A DNA stretch of 34,753 nt from Bacteroidales bacterium (GTDB taxonomy: Bacteria > Bacteroidota > Bacteroidia > Bacteroidales > ML635J-15): positions 1 through 34,753 of the forward strand of contig DAOOPK010000002.1 of the NCBI GenBank assembly GCA_035388205.1, given 5' to 3'. How positions within the stretch are numbered: position 1 is the stretch's first letter; each line of letters begins with the position of its first letter. This document shows positions 34,201 through 34,753 of the stretch, piece by piece. The translations under genes and the position numbers were made by a program. The notes below the pieces were generated by a model. The model ran no database searches. It was given only the letters and a program-made list of their open reading frames with translations, and was not told the origin of the DNA.

Positions 34201-34753
34201 CTAACGGAAGCTGGCAGGAAGATTTAATAGGAGTTCCTGCAGGTAATTATACAGTAACAGCTACCGATCAAAGTTATTGCCATTATTCTATGACATTTGA
34301 AGTGACCGAACCAGAGCCATTTTATATTCAGGCAATGGATGATCCTACAATTTGTTATGGTATGAGTACCGAGATAGGTGTTGGTATTATTAGTGGCTCT
34401 GTACCACCATATACGATTGTATGGAGTAACGATGATAGTGGAATGACCACAACCGTCAATCCGACTGAAACAACTGTATTTACTGCTCATGTTATAGATG
34501 CAATGAATTGTGTAAGTGAAGATATAGAAATAACTGTTAATGTATTAAAACCAGTTGTAATGGAAGTTACTACACTTGAAGATACAGTATGTCCGGGAAC
34601 AACGGTGGACTTTGATGTAATGATTGACGGAGGTGGTTTAATAGGTGATCAGGTTTTGGTTAATGATTCTCTTATGTCAATACCGATTTCTCTGGATGTA
34701 TTTAATGATACTGTATTTAATTTCCTTGTTTATGATGTATGTAATTTTGATAG
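31290..34753 (+). CDS. Large secreted cell-surface protein with SprB repeats (3' end beyond the window)
   Basis: Not in the supplied track because it has no stop in the window. Read by hand, the frame starting at ATG 31290 stays open for 1154 codons to the window end. Signal peptide MIKKLLLLGSFLAVFGISAMQSQ. From about aa 555 there are six ~76-aa units with the SprB-repeat pattern C.G...G.I.....GG.PPY.Y.WSNG......L..I.AG.Y.VTV.D...C. Confidence 0.85.
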   Translation, partial: MIKKLLLLGSFLAVFGISAMQSQNILIHEIPYSTHHQDMWGAGDAFSLDMDYDLFNIAVQDGFSEGWIEEILGSQWGIGVEMNIWMFLRSTFSIHGFTLGSVDVDYPVEITLDFPDDYTFDHGETVPIHSSYEVLDGWALETHFPTAGVIALDLEYGFGLNFDIIVCMVDCETIPIIPSISIPIDPYSTDPLPHDSIAIFYLNGQTGEVVYPCIDEVTGLPMICEDDVLPIVIPDWFGIGLTGEIDLPYVETEDWLDPTTQCLHAHGNDEWLWFNLNIMQFLSFIAGLIPPPEGPAIQEAIDFLDGGVIEYEIISGVTAVIEYFILHLDLHMSSYMTQDFAFCPTIWATLAFETELAYTETDPANGNALIAEGVSDTITFAINNDLNITYPCYEWDSMEVYDVTYNITSGFSNHTWDSIAFDFILEAIFFQVTIPTGGIFPIAAMPEFCLPDIHIDNADLGMTQTITACSPSYPVPQVLLEDYMPEEQQKGGESQTKDIEFCFPTNCEPLISETFPLGYIPLTWYDEEWDLQGFVQDTVFPGTWLFPLPELDIDISGQDVVCFGDTSGVITVTAINSTGEFTFEYSWGSVNTHMDPVDNITVPSGYYFITLTDVYGCQVFGEMNIADDNPPLLSNLYADDVLCAGEPTGNLYSYVSGGVPPYTYNWQPSGSTDANPVGVYAGWHYLTITDDVGCEHEDSVFIDEPDAPLSLTAETGMVSCYGYSDGFINITAAGGTPPYYYIWSNSMQVQDQINIPAGTYIVTVIDSHECDLEETFVITQPEPLELATYTQDVLCYGENTGSIDLVVTGGTPPYTYEWSNGAGSQDLWDIFAGIYIVTVTDAHNCVNYTMVQIEQPDLPLHGDITPTHVRCFGEGNGIADLNVFGGTPPYYFSWSNGEISEDIYDLIPGIYSVTINDAHDCLAYDTVQIFQPDAPMNGMISGTHNMCNGDENGNVYITVTGGRPPYNFEWSNGSWQEDLIGVPAGNYTVTATDQSYCHYSMTFEVTEPEPFYIQAMDDPTICYGMSTEIGVGIISGSVPPYTIVWSNDDSGMTTTVNPTETTVFTAHVIDAMNCVSEDIEITVNVLKPVVMEVTTLEDTVCPGTTVDFDVMIDGGGLIGDQVLVNDSLMSIPISLDVFNDTVFNFLVYDVCNFD
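32952..34316 (+). repeat. Array of six SprB-type protein repeats (~228 bp each) inside the partial CDS
   Basis: The GG(T/V/R)PPY(T/Y/N)(Y/F)xW core occurs in five of the six units: GGVPPYTYNW, GGTPPYYYIW, GGTPPYTYEW, GGTPPYYFSW, GGRPPYNFEW. The first unit is degenerate (GEFTFEYSW). Each core is preceded by a CxG..(T/S/N)G and followed by a (T/N/I)D..xC. A seventh, more divergent unit follows (SVPPYTIVWSND). Confidence 0.8.

Noticed and set aside
32611-34490. Minus-strand ORFs 32611-32838 and 34224-34490.
   Set aside because: Both are antisense to the continuous 1154-codon SprB-repeat reading frame, are short, and have no recognisable features.
1-34753. Looked across the whole window for CRISPR arrays, rRNA/tRNA genes, transposases, integrases, and the remaining short track ORFs nested in or antisense to larger genes (e.g. 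169-447, 2664-2849, 5129-5344, 5916-6170, 8465-8695, 9864-10131, 10515-10845, 11935-12162, 13346-13782, 15005-15196, 15519-15701, 16833-17792, 23514-23747, 25273-26701, 27527-27724, 28534-28812, 29425-29607).
   Set aside because: I saw no regularly spaced direct repeats with unique spacers, no cloverleaf or rRNA-like conserved blocks, and no DDE or tyrosine-recombinase-like ORFs. Each listed short ORF lies inside a longer ORF on either strand that has strong family motifs.

Overview
AT-rich chromosomal segment that looks like Bacteroidota: it has T9SS C-terminal sorting domains and SprB repeats, almost no Shine-Dalgarno sequences, and many small outer-membrane beta-barrel paralogs. I support 29 CDS. 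Recognisable housekeeping genes (msrBA, birA, nadA, rfbB, adk, purF, hemW) are interleaved with cell-envelope and secreted-protein genes. I found no rRNA, tRNA, CRISPR array, transposase or integrase. The best candidate for an undescribed system is a tightly packed + strand cassette at 15470-21405 in which all three products carry Sec signal peptides. It encodes a beta-rich protein, a 1010-aa WD40-repeat protein fused to a caspase-like (peptidase C14) domain with an intact His/Cys dyad, and a 684-aa protein made of four tandem ~168-aa domains. Each of those domains contains an invariant 20-residue Cys/His-containing motif that is encoded with different synonymous codons in each copy. Other notable items: (1) a long ORF missing from the supplied track (31290 to the window end) encoding a SprB-repeat surface protein; (2) a fused double adenylate kinase whose second half has substitutions at catalytic positions; (3) a Fic/wHTH gene bracketed by a 13-bp direct repeat and carrying an internal tandem repeat; (4) a RelE/ParE-type toxin-antitoxin pair; (5) a 592-bp AT-rich intergenic region with repeated GTTAAT motifs upstream of nadA. 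All functional calls come from motif recognition by eye and no database search was run.
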